Source of the DNA: a virus
Lineage: Duplodnaviria > Caudoviricetes
IMG/VR virus record: IMGVR_UViG_3300033407_000969
Location: 1 to 29,510 of that record
Length of the DNA: 29,510 nt
Direction: 5' to 3' (one strand)
Shown: positions 16,762 to 24,602 of the stretch, in pieces
How positions within the stretch are numbered: position 1 is the stretch's first letter
How the letters are laid out: each line of letters opens with the position of its first letter
Notes under the pieces: model-generated
The model's database searches: none
Told to the model about the DNA's origin: nothing
Seen by the model: the letters and a program-made list of their open reading frames with translations, nothing else
Program-made: the position numbers and the translations under genes

Positions 16762-17703
16762 TCAGTAAACCTTGGTTTTTTCGTCGCCGGCGGCGCCGTC
16801 GTTGGCACCGGTCGGTGTGCCCGGCTTCTCCTCCAGCAGCTTGCTGAACTGCTCGGTCAGGGTCTGGATACCATTGTTGGTTTCCGCTACCTGGTCCGCC
16901 AGTTGGCTGAACTGGTCGGTGGTGCCATCCTCCGCGGGTTTCGCCGCTGTCTGTTCGGTACCGGATTCGGTACCTGCTGCCTGGCCGTTCTGCTGGGAGA
17001 ACTGGCCCAGGGCCTCGCCCAGCTGCCCCAGCAGCGTGTTGGTCTGCTGCTGCGCCTGCAGCAACTGGTTGAACTGTTTAGCGTCCATCGCTTCGTCGTC
17101 CTCGTTAGGGGTTTCTGGTTCGTCGGTCACCCGCCATCCGAAGGTCGCAGCCAGCTTGCTGAACAGGGTGCGGGGTGTCTCATCGGTAGGGGTGCCATCC
17201 TTGGCGGTACCGTCCGTGGAGGTGCTGTCCGTGGCCTCATGGCTTGCATCCAATGCGAAGGGGATGCTCTGTGAAAACCTGACGTGTCCAGGGTGCTGCT
17301 TACTGAAGTGCAACTGCTGGGTGCCCAGGCTGGCCGGTTCGTCGGTGATTGCCAGGCCGGTCATATAGGCTTTGCCGGTACCGGCGAAGTTGGGCCACAA
17401 CTCGATACTGGTGAACAGCTTCTGGCCCTGGCTGTTCAGCTCCAGCAGGCGCTTGTTCGGGCGCAGCTTGGCGAACAGGCAAAGGCGGCCTTTCTTGTCC
17501 TTTTCGGCTTTCAGCTCGGCGGCGGTGCCGAAGTTGCCGTACCACTTGCTGTGGCCCAGAGGGTCGCTGCTCCAGATGACCGCCGTGTACTCTTCCGGGT
17601 CGTAGCTGTCCGCCATGTCCTGAACGTCCTGTTCCGGGATCTCGCGGCCGTCGATCGTCGGGCCACTGGTGGCAACTTTGATCCAGTCGGTTGTCAGCTG
17701 CAT
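16762..17703 (-). CDS. Capsid scaffolding protein/protease (gpO-like)
   Basis: 'W..VATSG.TIDGREI','QKLFTSIE','YMTGLAITDEPASLGT'; true start MQLTTDW. Confidence 0.92.
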   Translation of the reverse strand: MQLTTDWIKVATSGPTIDGREIPEQDVQDMADSYDPEEYTAVIWSSDPLGHSKWYGNFGTAAELKAEKDKKGRLCLFAKLRPNKRLLELNSQGQKLFTSIELWPNFAGTGKAYMTGLAITDEPASLGTQQLHFSKQHPGHVRFSQSIPFALDASHEATDSTSTDGTAKDGTPTDETPRTLFSKLAATFGWRVTDEPETPNEDDEAMDAKQFNQLLQAQQQTNTLLGQLGEALGQFSQQNGQAAGTESGTEQTAAKPAEDGTTDQFSQLADQVAETNNGIQTLTEQFSKLLEEKPGTPTGANDGAAGDEKTKVY

Positions 17704-17814
17704 CTGTCCATTTCCCTGCTGTGCGTTGTCGGTCGGTTTGGCGTTTGCCTGTCGTCTGAGGCCCCCACTGTGCCGCCCGAAACCGCCCCGCTCAATCGGA
17801 TTCCATGCGCCCCC

Positions 17815-17837
17815 TTGTGCCCCCGACCGCGGCACAA
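17815..17837. promoter_or_regulatory. Candidate Ogr-type activator dyad in the divergent late promoter region
   Basis: Perfect inverted repeat TTGTGCC-N9-GGCACAA between the divergent gpO-like and gpP-like genes. Confidence 0.5.
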
Positions 17838-17892
17838 CAACTCGCAGCAAAGCAGCGTGGTTACGGGCGTTCCCGGCGGTAGAGTGCAGCCC

Positions 17893-19674
17893 ATGGGATA
17901 CCCGATTGAAGTCAAGGAAGCGGCCCAGCGGCTGTACCTGAAGCACTACGAAGTGCCCGAAATTGCCGAACAGCTGAACATCCCCAAGCGCACGCTTTAC
18001 CACTGGGTGAAGCAGGAAAAGTGGGATGCGATGCTCAGCCACGAAAGTGCGGAAACCAGCATTTTCAGGCGGCTGCAGGTACTGGCAGAGCGGGACAACA
18101 AATCCGACCGTGAGCTGAACGAAATGGACCGGCTTACGGGGGTTCTACACGACCTGCAGAAACTGAAGGAACGCCAACTGGCAGCGGCGGTGCAGGTCAA
18201 GGCCGGCCCGCCGGTGGAGGGCGGCGAAAGCCCCGGCGGCGACAACCAGGGCAAGAAGAAGCGCAAGAAGCCGAAGCGCAACCAGGTCAGCCACCTGACC
18301 CAGGCCGACTTCGACCGGGAGTTCCGCGGCAAGCTGTACCAGTACCAACGGAACTGGCTGGAAGCGAAGGAAAACCCGCTGACCCGGCGTATCCGCTTCA
18401 TCCTGAAGTCGCGCCAGATCGGCGCCACGTTCTACTTCGCCGGCGAGGCGTTCGAGGACGCCTGCCTGACCGGCGACAACCAGATCTTCCTGTCCGCCAG
18501 CCGCGCACAGGCGGAGATATTCCGCGCCTATATCGTCGGCTTTGCCCGCGAGTGGTTCGGCATCGAGCTGGCCGGTAACCCGATCATCCTGGACAACGGC
18601 GCCGAGCTGCATTTCCTCAGCACCAACAGCAGTACCAGCCAGGGCTATCACGGTCACGTCTACGTTGACGAGTGCTTCTGGATCCGCGACTTCGAGAAGC
18701 TGAACCAGGTGGCCGGCGCGATCGCCACCCACAAGAAGTGGCGCAAGACGTATTTCTCCACCCCGTCGGCCAAGTCGCACCAGGCGTACCCGATGTGGAG
18801 CATGGACAAGTTCAACGAACGCCGCCGGCGCCGCAACCAGGCGGAAGCGATTCTGCCCACCGAGAAGGAGCTGCGCGCGGGCATCAAGTGCGAGGACCGC
18901 ACCTGGCGCAACATCGTCACCATCGACGACGCCGTATCCGGCGGCTGCGACCTGTTCGATATCGAAGAGCTGAAAGACGAGTACAGCGAGGAGGAGTTCA
19001 AGCAGCTGTTCCGCTGCTGCTTCATCGATGACCATGCCAGCATCTTCAAGCTGAAGGAGCTGCAGCAGTGCCTGGCCGACGTGACCGACTTCAAGGGCTT
19101 CGATCCCAAGGCCAAACGCCCCTACGGCTCGCTGCCGGTGTGGATCGGCTACGACCCCAGCCGCACCACCGACAACGCCACCTGCGTGGTGATCGCGCCG
19201 CCGTTGGAGCCCGGCGGCAAGTTCAAGGTGTTGGAGAAGCACAGCTGGCGGGGCGTCAACTTCCGCTTTCAGGCGCAACAGATCAAACGCCTGCTCGAGC
19301 GCTACAACGTCCAGTACATCGGTATCGACACCACCGGCATCGGCTACGGCGTGTTTGAACTGGTGCAGGAGTTCTACCCCCGCGCCAAGGCGATCCACTA
19401 CAGCATCGACAGCAAAACCGAGTTGGTGATGAAAGCCGTTGAGGTGGTCGGCGGCGGCCGTATCGAGTGGGACGCCAGTTGGTCCGATATCGCCACCGGT
19501 TTTATGACCATCCGCCAGACCACCACCCGGGGCGGGCAACTGACCTATGCCGCCGGACGCACCGAAAAATCCGGCCACGCCGACGCGGCCTGGTCGATCA
19601 TGCACGCCCTGATCAATGAACCCCTAAACCACGACCACCGCCGCAAGAGCACCTGGAGTGTAGACGATGACTGA
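17893..19674 (+). CDS. Terminase large (ATPase) subunit (gpP-like)
   Basis: N-terminal HTH, Walker A 'LKSRQIGAT', Walker B 'VYVDE', nuclease 'IGYDPS', 'GHADAAW'; start MGYPIEVK. Confidence 0.95.
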   Translation: MGYPIEVKEAAQRLYLKHYEVPEIAEQLNIPKRTLYHWVKQEKWDAMLSHESAETSIFRRLQVLAERDNKSDRELNEMDRLTGVLHDLQKLKERQLAAAVQVKAGPPVEGGESPGGDNQGKKKRKKPKRNQVSHLTQADFDREFRGKLYQYQRNWLEAKENPLTRRIRFILKSRQIGATFYFAGEAFEDACLTGDNQIFLSASRAQAEIFRAYIVGFAREWFGIELAGNPIILDNGAELHFLSTNSSTSQGYHGHVYVDECFWIRDFEKLNQVAGAIATHKKWRKTYFSTPSAKSHQAYPMWSMDKFNERRRRRNQAEAILPTEKELRAGIKCEDRTWRNIVTIDDAVSGGCDLFDIEELKDEYSEEEFKQLFRCCFIDDHASIFKLKELQQCLADVTDFKGFDPKAKRPYGSLPVWIGYDPSRTTDNATCVVIAPPLEPGGKFKVLEKHSWRGVNFRFQAQQIKRLLERYNVQYIGIDTTGIGYGVFELVQEFYPRAKAIHYSIDSKTELVMKAVEVVGGGRIEWDASWSDIATGFMTIRQTTTRGGQLTYAAGRTEKSGHADAAWSIMHALINEPLNHDHRRKSTWSVDDD

Positions 19675-20680
19675 AGCGACCAAACCACGGAAAGGGAAAC
19701 GGAAAAAGGACAGCATCGCCTTCAGCTTCGGGGATCCGGAGTGGGTGCTGGGCAGTCAGATCACCGACTACCTGGGCACCGTCTACGACAGCAACCAGGA
19801 GTACTACACGCCACCGCTGAGCCCCAGCGGCCTGGTGAAGGTGACCGGCGCCAATGCGCACCACGGCAGCTGTATCTACTTCAAGCGCAACCTGTTGGTG
19901 CGGCAGTACCGCCCCAACCAGGTGCTGCCGTTGATGGATCTGAACGCCGCTGCACTGGATTTCGAGATACTGGGCAACTGCTACCTGCAGACCTTCAGCA
20001 ACCACCTGGGGCAGATCGTGAGACTGGCACACCTGCCCGCGGTGAACATGCGCCGCGGCCAGGATACCGCAGGTCAGACCCGTTACTGTCTGCTGAAGAA
20101 GAACGGCGGCAAGGTCTGGTTTAACCCCGGTGAGGTGCTGCATGTGGCGGAGTACGAACCGCTGCAGCAGATCTATGGCCAGCCGCAATACATGGGCGGC
20201 CTGCAGTCGGCGCTATTGAGCGAAGACGCCACCCTGTTCCGCCGCCGCTACTACCAGAACGGCAGCCACATGGGCTTTATCTTCTACACCAACGACCCGA
20301 ACCTGGACTCGGACACCGAGAAGAAGCTGAAGCAACAGATCCGCGCCGGCAAGGGCGTCGGCAACTTCCGATCGATGTTTATCAACATCCCCAACGGGGC
20401 GGAGAAAGCCGTTCAGATCATCCCGGTGGGCGATATCGCGCAACGGGACGAGTTCGAGCGGATCAAGCGGATCAGCGCCGACGAGGTGCTGGTGGCGCAC
20501 CGGATGCAGCCGTCGCTGGCCGGCGTGAAGCCGGACAACACCGGCGGCTTCGGCGATATCGAAAAGATCAGCCGGGTGTATATCCAGAACGAGATAGGGC
20601 CCAAGGCGATGGTGTTCATGGAAGCGATCAACCAGCACCTGCCGGCTGGCCGGAAAATAGCGTTTGACATCCCAGACTAG
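19667..20680 (+). CDS. Portal protein (PBSX/gpQ family)
   Basis: 'FSFGDPE','QQIYGQPQY','ATLFRRRYYQNGSHMGFI','GVGNFRSMF','GGFGDIEK'. Confidence 0.95.
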   Translation: MTEATKPRKGKRKKDSIAFSFGDPEWVLGSQITDYLGTVYDSNQEYYTPPLSPSGLVKVTGANAHHGSCIYFKRNLLVRQYRPNQVLPLMDLNAAALDFEILGNCYLQTFSNHLGQIVRLAHLPAVNMRRGQDTAGQTRYCLLKKNGGKVWFNPGEVLHVAEYEPLQQIYGQPQYMGGLQSALLSEDATLFRRRYYQNGSHMGFIFYTNDPNLDSDTEKKLKQQIRAGKGVGNFRSMFINIPNGAEKAVQIIPVGDIAQRDEFERIKRISADEVLVAHRMQPSLAGVKPDNTGGFGDIEKISRVYIQNEIGPKAMVFMEAINQHLPAGRKIAFDIPD

Positions 20681-20685
20681 CACCT

Positions 20686-20729
20686 TAATGTGTTGATTTG
20701 TCTGCTTTTAAAGACGGGCATGTTACACT
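20686..20729 (+). promoter_or_regulatory. Candidate ogr promoter: IHF consensus plus extended -10
   Basis: Minus-strand AATCAA-CACA-TTA (20686-20698) fits WATCAANNNNTTR; TGtTACACT at 20721-20729. Confidence 0.4.
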
Positions 20730-20755
20730 GTGTCCGCTGTTTTCGAGGGGGAGTG

Positions 20756-21010
20756 ATGCGGGTACTTTGTACAGAATGCGGACACAAGGCCCGCATATCT
20801 CACAGCGTCCCGATGACCGATAACGGCGCGGTGCGCGATCTCTATTGCCAATGCCTGGATACTCTCTGCGGCCATACCTTCGTGATGAGCCTGGCCTACA
20901 AGCACACCATCAATCCGCCTGCATCCAGTCACCATCGCCGGATCCTGGATGCCCTGCGCACCCTGCCGCTGAACGAACAGCGCGCCCTATTCGAGCAACT
21001 GGCTGGTTAA
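20756..21010 (+). CDS. ogr: Ogr/Delta-family zinc-finger late transcription activator
   Basis: 'CTECGHKARI...LYCQC....CGHTF'; SD GAGGGGGAG before ATG 20756. Confidence 0.9.
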   Translation: MRVLCTECGHKARISHSVPMTDNGAVRDLYCQCLDTLCGHTFVMSLAYKHTINPPASSHHRRILDALRTLPLNEQRALFEQLAG

Positions 21011-21172
21011 CCTGTCGAGTTGCTGCTGCTGTTGTTCCAGCAACAACACCAGCGCGAACTGCTCACGAACGCTGAGCACAATATCCCCCTTCGACAGTGA
21101 GAAGTGCGCCTGCAGGTGGGCGTTGATTGAAACGGCGGTTTCAACTAAGCCGTTGATACCTATTACTTCCAT
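20987..21172 (-). CDS. Small hypothetical protein (61 aa), possibly a Tum-like antirepressor
   Basis: SD AAGGA before ATG; helical composition; convergent with ogr. Confidence 0.5.
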   Translation of the reverse strand: MEVIGINGLVETAVSINAHLQAHFSLSKGDIVLSVREQFALVLLLEQQQQQLDRLTSQLLE

Positions 21173-21306
21173 CGGTATTCCTTAAACAGTGTTTGCTCCA
21201 TATCCGTGCCCGTGAAGGCGCGGCAAATGTAGAGCGCCGAGCAACGGCTGAAAAGCCATGGAGGGCAAAGTGTTCACGCACAGCCAACACTTAACGGCTA
21301 TTCTGT

Positions 21307-21322
21307 CTGTATCCTGCAACAG
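21307..21322. promoter_or_regulatory. LexA-like SOS box
   Basis: CTGT-ATCCTGCA-ACAG matches CTGT-N8-ACAG; intergenic, 33 nt before the XRE start. Confidence 0.5.
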
Positions 21323-21355
21323 CCGTTAACGTGGGAGTCGTCAAAGGGCCAACCG

Positions 21356-21664
21356 ATGCAGCACACGCATGACCCTGCCAGGGGTGCCCGGCTGATCAGG
21401 ATGATGGCCAGAAAACGAATAGGAGTCAGGGAATTGGCACGCAGAACCGGCATACAAGCCAGCACACTGAGCAACTATCGCAAGGGCAAGGATATGAAGG
21501 CCAGCCACCTGGTGGAGATCTGCCTGGAGCTGGGCGTGTCCGCCGATGAACTCCTGGGCCTGCCGAACGTCCGCGACGATGAGTTGCACGCGCTGATCGA
21601 TCAACTGGACCAGGAGCGACGCGACGCCCTGAAGGGTGTGGTGCGGCTGCTGGTCCAGATGTGA
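21356..21664 (+). CDS. XRE-family HTH transcriptional regulator
   Basis: 'GVRELARRTGIQASTLSNYRKG...LVEICLELGVSADELLG'. Confidence 0.88.
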   Translation: MQHTHDPARGARLIRMMARKRIGVRELARRTGIQASTLSNYRKGKDMKASHLVEICLELGVSADELLGLPNVRDDELHALIDQLDQERRDALKGVVRLLVQM

Positions 21665-21686
21665 GAAGGGGCTTGAATCGTCCGGG

Positions 21687-22313
21687 TTACTGTAGTGCTT
21701 GGTGAAGCTCGGAGAATTTATCCCTGACAACCTGCAAATCGCTCTTCTTACCGTATCGTAGGTAGAAAAACATCTTATTGGCGGCAATATCCAGAGAAGC
21801 AAAAGCAGAGTGCAGTGACTTTAGCTTTTCGAACTCGGGCTGCAGACGGCTCATGCCGTAGCGTTCGAACTCCTTGGTTGCCGCATCGCGTGCAGCACCG
21901 AACGCCGGCCCCCACTGCTGAACCTTCCACTCGGCGAATGGCTGATAGGTTCCCGGCTGGTACTGCTCAAACCGGCTGAACAGCCGTCGGGCATAGTCGT
22001 TCAGTTGGGCGGTCCACTGCTGTTCCAGTTGCTGCCGCTGGCTGTCACTCAGCGATTCCCAGACCACGGTTGCTTCGTCGGCTGATGGCGCCGGTGCCTG
22101 AACCGGTTCAGATGATTGCTGCAGTTGGGCGGTTGCCGGCGCTGGCATGAGTGCCGCACCAACCACGAACAGCAGCGAACCGGATATAACCCCGACCGCC
22201 CAGGCTTTGCCGCGGCTGGTCTGTCTCAATATCCCCGGTTTCAGCAAGCCGACGAATCCCAAGAAGATGACGAACAGGCCCAACAGTAGAAAGGTTCCCG
22301 CAATTGCTTCCAT
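21687..22313 (-). CDS. Hypothetical membrane protein (2 N-terminal TM helices, linker, helical soluble domain)
   Basis: Two hydrophobic helices, Pro/Ala/Gln linker; SD GGAG favours ATG 22313 (alternative start 22325). Confidence 0.75.
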   Translation of the reverse strand: MEAIAGTFLLLGLFVIFLGFVGLLKPGILRQTSRGKAWAVGVISGSLLFVVGAALMPAPATAQLQQSSEPVQAPAPSADEATVVWESLSDSQRQQLEQQWTAQLNDYARRLFSRFEQYQPGTYQPFAEWKVQQWGPAFGAARDAATKEFERYGMSRLQPEFEKLKSLHSAFASLDIAANKMFFYLRYGKKSDLQVVRDKFSELHQALQ

Positions 22314-22384
22314 GACAGTCTCCATGCAGTCGAATTTGAAGGGCTACTTTACCGGATTCCGAAGTTGCATGCCCACCCCCAAAA

Positions 22385-22428
22385 AATAACCCCGGAGTTA
22401 TTGACATCAATAACCCCGGAGTTATAAT
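22385..22428 (+). promoter_or_regulatory. hicAB sigma70 promoter with two palindromic operators
   Basis: TTGACA (22401-22406), 16 bp, TATAAT (22423-22428); identical 17-mers AATAACCCCGGAGTTAT at 22385-22401 and 22409-22425. Confidence 0.9.
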
Positions 22429-22454
22429 CATCTCAAACAGTAACGGAGGGGGAG

Positions 22455-22637
22455 ATGGATAGCAGAGAACTGATACGGATGTTGATGGACGATGGCTGGG
22501 CGTTGATACGAACGAAAGGAAGCCACCACCACTTCAAGCATCCAGACAAACCGGGGGTTGTGACGGTGCCCCACCCGAAACGGGACCTGAAGAAAGGCAC
22601 GGTCAACAGCATACTGAAACAGGCGGGGCTCAAATGA
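22455..22637 (+). CDS. hicA: Type II toxin HicA (mRNA interferase)
   Basis: 'DGW...RTKGSHHHFKHP.KPG.VTVPHP..DLKKGTV.SILKQAGL'. Confidence 0.95.
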   Translation: MDSRELIRMLMDDGWALIRTKGSHHHFKHPDKPGVVTVPHPKRDLKKGTVNSILKQAGLK

Positions 22638-22714
22638 GCCCCCAGTGTCAGACCGGCCGGCTAAGCCAAATCTCCAGGAACGAGAAATAGGAAATAACGA
22701 GAGGTGACCAAGCC

Positions 22715-23125
22715 ATGTTATATCCAGTTGTGATTCAGAAAGACCCGGACAGCGACTACACCGTCGCTGTGCCGGACCTGCCGGGTATTATCACCGCCGG
22801 CGAAAGCTATGCAGAAGCGCTGCAGATGGCCCAGGACGCGATCGACGGCCATCTGGAGTGCCTGGCCGACCTCGAGGCGGATATCCCCCAGGGCAGCACC
22901 ATCGAAGCCTACGCCGACAACGCCGACTACGCGGGCGGCATCTGGGCGCTGGTGGAGGTGGATATTACCCCGTATCTGGGCAAGGCCAAGAAGATCAACG
23001 TCACCCTACCGGGTCGGTTGATCAACAGGATCGATGCGCGAGTGGAAGCGTCCAAGGCCCACTACGGCGATCGCTCCAAGTTCCTGGCCCTGGCGGCCAT
23101 GAAGGAGCTGGGGATTCAGCAGTAA
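22715..23125 (+). CDS. hicB: Antitoxin HicB with C-terminal ribbon-helix-helix domain
   Basis: 'YPVVI.KD..SDY.V.VPDLPG..TAG.S..EA'; RHH 'KKINVTLP..LI.RID...DRS.FLA.AA'. Confidence 0.95.
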   Translation: MLYPVVIQKDPDSDYTVAVPDLPGIITAGESYAEALQMAQDAIDGHLECLADLEADIPQGSTIEAYADNADYAGGIWALVEVDITPYLGKAKKINVTLPGRLINRIDARVEASKAHYGDRSKFLALAAMKELGIQQ

Positions 23126-23146
23126 GCCGACGATGGCCAGAACGCG

Positions 23147-23172
23147 AAAGGGGCGCCGTTGCGCCCCTTTTT
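23147..23172. terminator. Intrinsic terminator, probably bidirectional, between hicB and the early operon
   Basis: AAAGGGGCGC-CGTT-GCGCCCCTTT followed by TT; lies between convergent genes. Confidence 0.8.
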
Positions 23173-23190
23173 AGTGCTGGTGAATCGCCC

Positions 23191-23429
<239 letters not shown>

Positions 23430-23433
<4 letters not shown>

Positions 23434-23714
23434 CCTTGGTTGCCTCCTCTCATACGTTGCAAGTATCGACCATAGCACCGCTGCAGGTGGAAAAACCGCT
23501 CGCGGGCTTCCTGGTTGTGGTCCAGCTCGGCTCTGCTCCGGATCTCGCACACCTGCAGGATGAACTCTCTCGCATCCTGCTCTGTGTGGGTACCGTCGGG
23601 CGTGTCCAGGTTGAATTTAACCCGGCGCCGCCGGTCCAGGTACAGCCGAAACCGGCTGTCCTGGCAGAGCAAGGCGGCGGTTCGGGCGTGGCGACCGCCT
23701 TTATTCGTCATCAT
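23430..23714 (-). CDS. Conserved phage hypothetical protein (94 aa)
   Basis: 'AALLCQD..F..YL','I...CEI.SRAELDHN'; ATGA overlaps at both ends. Confidence 0.75.
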
Positions 23715-24082
23715 CCCCCCCACCGATAGTTCGCTTTCGCGGCCGCGGCGATCTCGGCCAGTTTCTGGCTGTGCTGTTCCGCCCAGCGAGCCGCCCAGTC
23801 CGGGTCTAGGTCACCCCGTTCTGCCTGCTCCAGGGTGTCCTGCAGGATCATCGACACCACTTGCAACGGTTCGCCGTTTCTTGCCCAGCGTGGGCAGAGC
23901 AGCAGTTCGTCGCCCTCTTTGATGTACAGCTGCAGGTCGGAATGGCAATACTGGCCACCGGGTCCGCCCTTCCAGTAATAGCCGTCAGTCGGGAGAGGGT
24001 TCAGACAAACGGGAAACGGAGCGCCCGGGTCCTGGCTGGCGTAGTTGCTCAGCGGGTGAATGCGTGCATAGAACTCGGCCAT
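23711..24082 (-). CDS. Hypothetical protein (123 aa)
   Basis: Coupled ORF with SD in the early operon; 'YYWKGGPGGQY...DL.LY'. Confidence 0.7.
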   Translation of the reverse strand: MAEFYARIHPLSNYASQDPGAPFPVCLNPLPTDGYYWKGGPGGQYCHSDLQLYIKEGDELLLCPRWARNGEPLQVVSMILQDTLEQAERGDLDPDWAARWAEQHSQKLAEIAAAAKANYRWGG

Positions 24083-24085
24083 GGT

Positions 24086-24415
24086 TCAGCCCTCCTTTCT
24101 GTAGCGGTTGCAGTTGCGCAGGTGTTCCCAGCGTTGCCAAACCTGGTCGAACTGCTCGTCGCCATTTTCGACCAAGGTGTTGGGTTCACGGCCGAGGATG
24201 ATGCGTAGTTGCAACACCTCGAATGCGGCCTTGATCAGCGGCGGATCCAGCATGACCAGATCCAAGGGGTCAAGGTGGAACTCATGGCAGTTGTACGTGC
24301 TCAGCAGAACCTGAGCGGCTGCGCGGCCGCCGCTGGTGTCGGTCTTGGCGATCGGCAGCAGGGCTTCCACCGCAGAGCGATAGCGCTCGAGCATCTGTTC
24401 TTGGGTTATGCTCAT
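24086..24415 (-). CDS. Conserved mobile-element hypothetical protein (109 aa)
   Basis: 'LL.IA..DT.G....A..LLS.YN...F..D..DL..LD' motif; coupled to csrA. Confidence 0.75.
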   Translation of the reverse strand: MSITQEQMLERYRSAVEALLPIAKTDTSGGRAAAQVLLSTYNCHEFHLDPLDLVMLDPPLIKAAFEVLQLRIILGREPNTLVENGDEQFDQVWQRWEHLRNCNRYRKEG

Positions 24416-24600
24416 GCCTTACCTCCTTTCTGTTCGCGCTCGCTCTGAATCCGTTTCCAGATCTCCTCGCGGTGTACTTCAACGTCTTTCGGCGCGTTCA
24501 CTCCAATTCGCACCTGGTTACCCTTCACCCCCAGTACGGTCAGGGTGATGTCGTCATTGATCACCAGGGTTTCGCCTACACGGCGGGTTAGAATCAACAT
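24412..24600 (-). CDS. csrA: Phage-encoded carbon storage regulator CsrA/RsmA
   Basis: [47 protein letters not shown] is near-canonical, including the beta1 residues and Arg44. Confidence 0.95.
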   Translation of the reverse strand: MLILTRRVGETLVINDDITLTVLGVKGNQVRIGVNAPKDVEVHREEIWKRIQSEREQKGGKA

Positions 24601-24602
24601 GC

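Noticed and set aside
17284-18042. N-terminal extensions of the terminase (from 17284) and scaffold (from 18042) in the ORF track
   Set aside because: They overlap each other across the divergent promoter; family-like sequence starts at 17893 and 17703.
18145-19605. 486-aa antisense ORF inside the terminase, and similar long antisense ORFs at 15546-16847, 5450-6463, 7045-7959, 25193-26215 and 28476-29321
   Set aside because: Shadow frames of GC-rich genes with strong codon bias; no motifs or SD; fully opposite well-supported genes.
20681-20755. cos site downstream of the portal gene as in P2
   Set aside because: No match to the P2-type cohesive-end sequence; cos cannot be placed from this window.
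22108-22633. ORFs 22108-22431 and 22433-22633 on the minus strand
   Set aside because: The first begins within the operator repeats and overlaps the membrane gene out of frame; the second is antisense to hicA.
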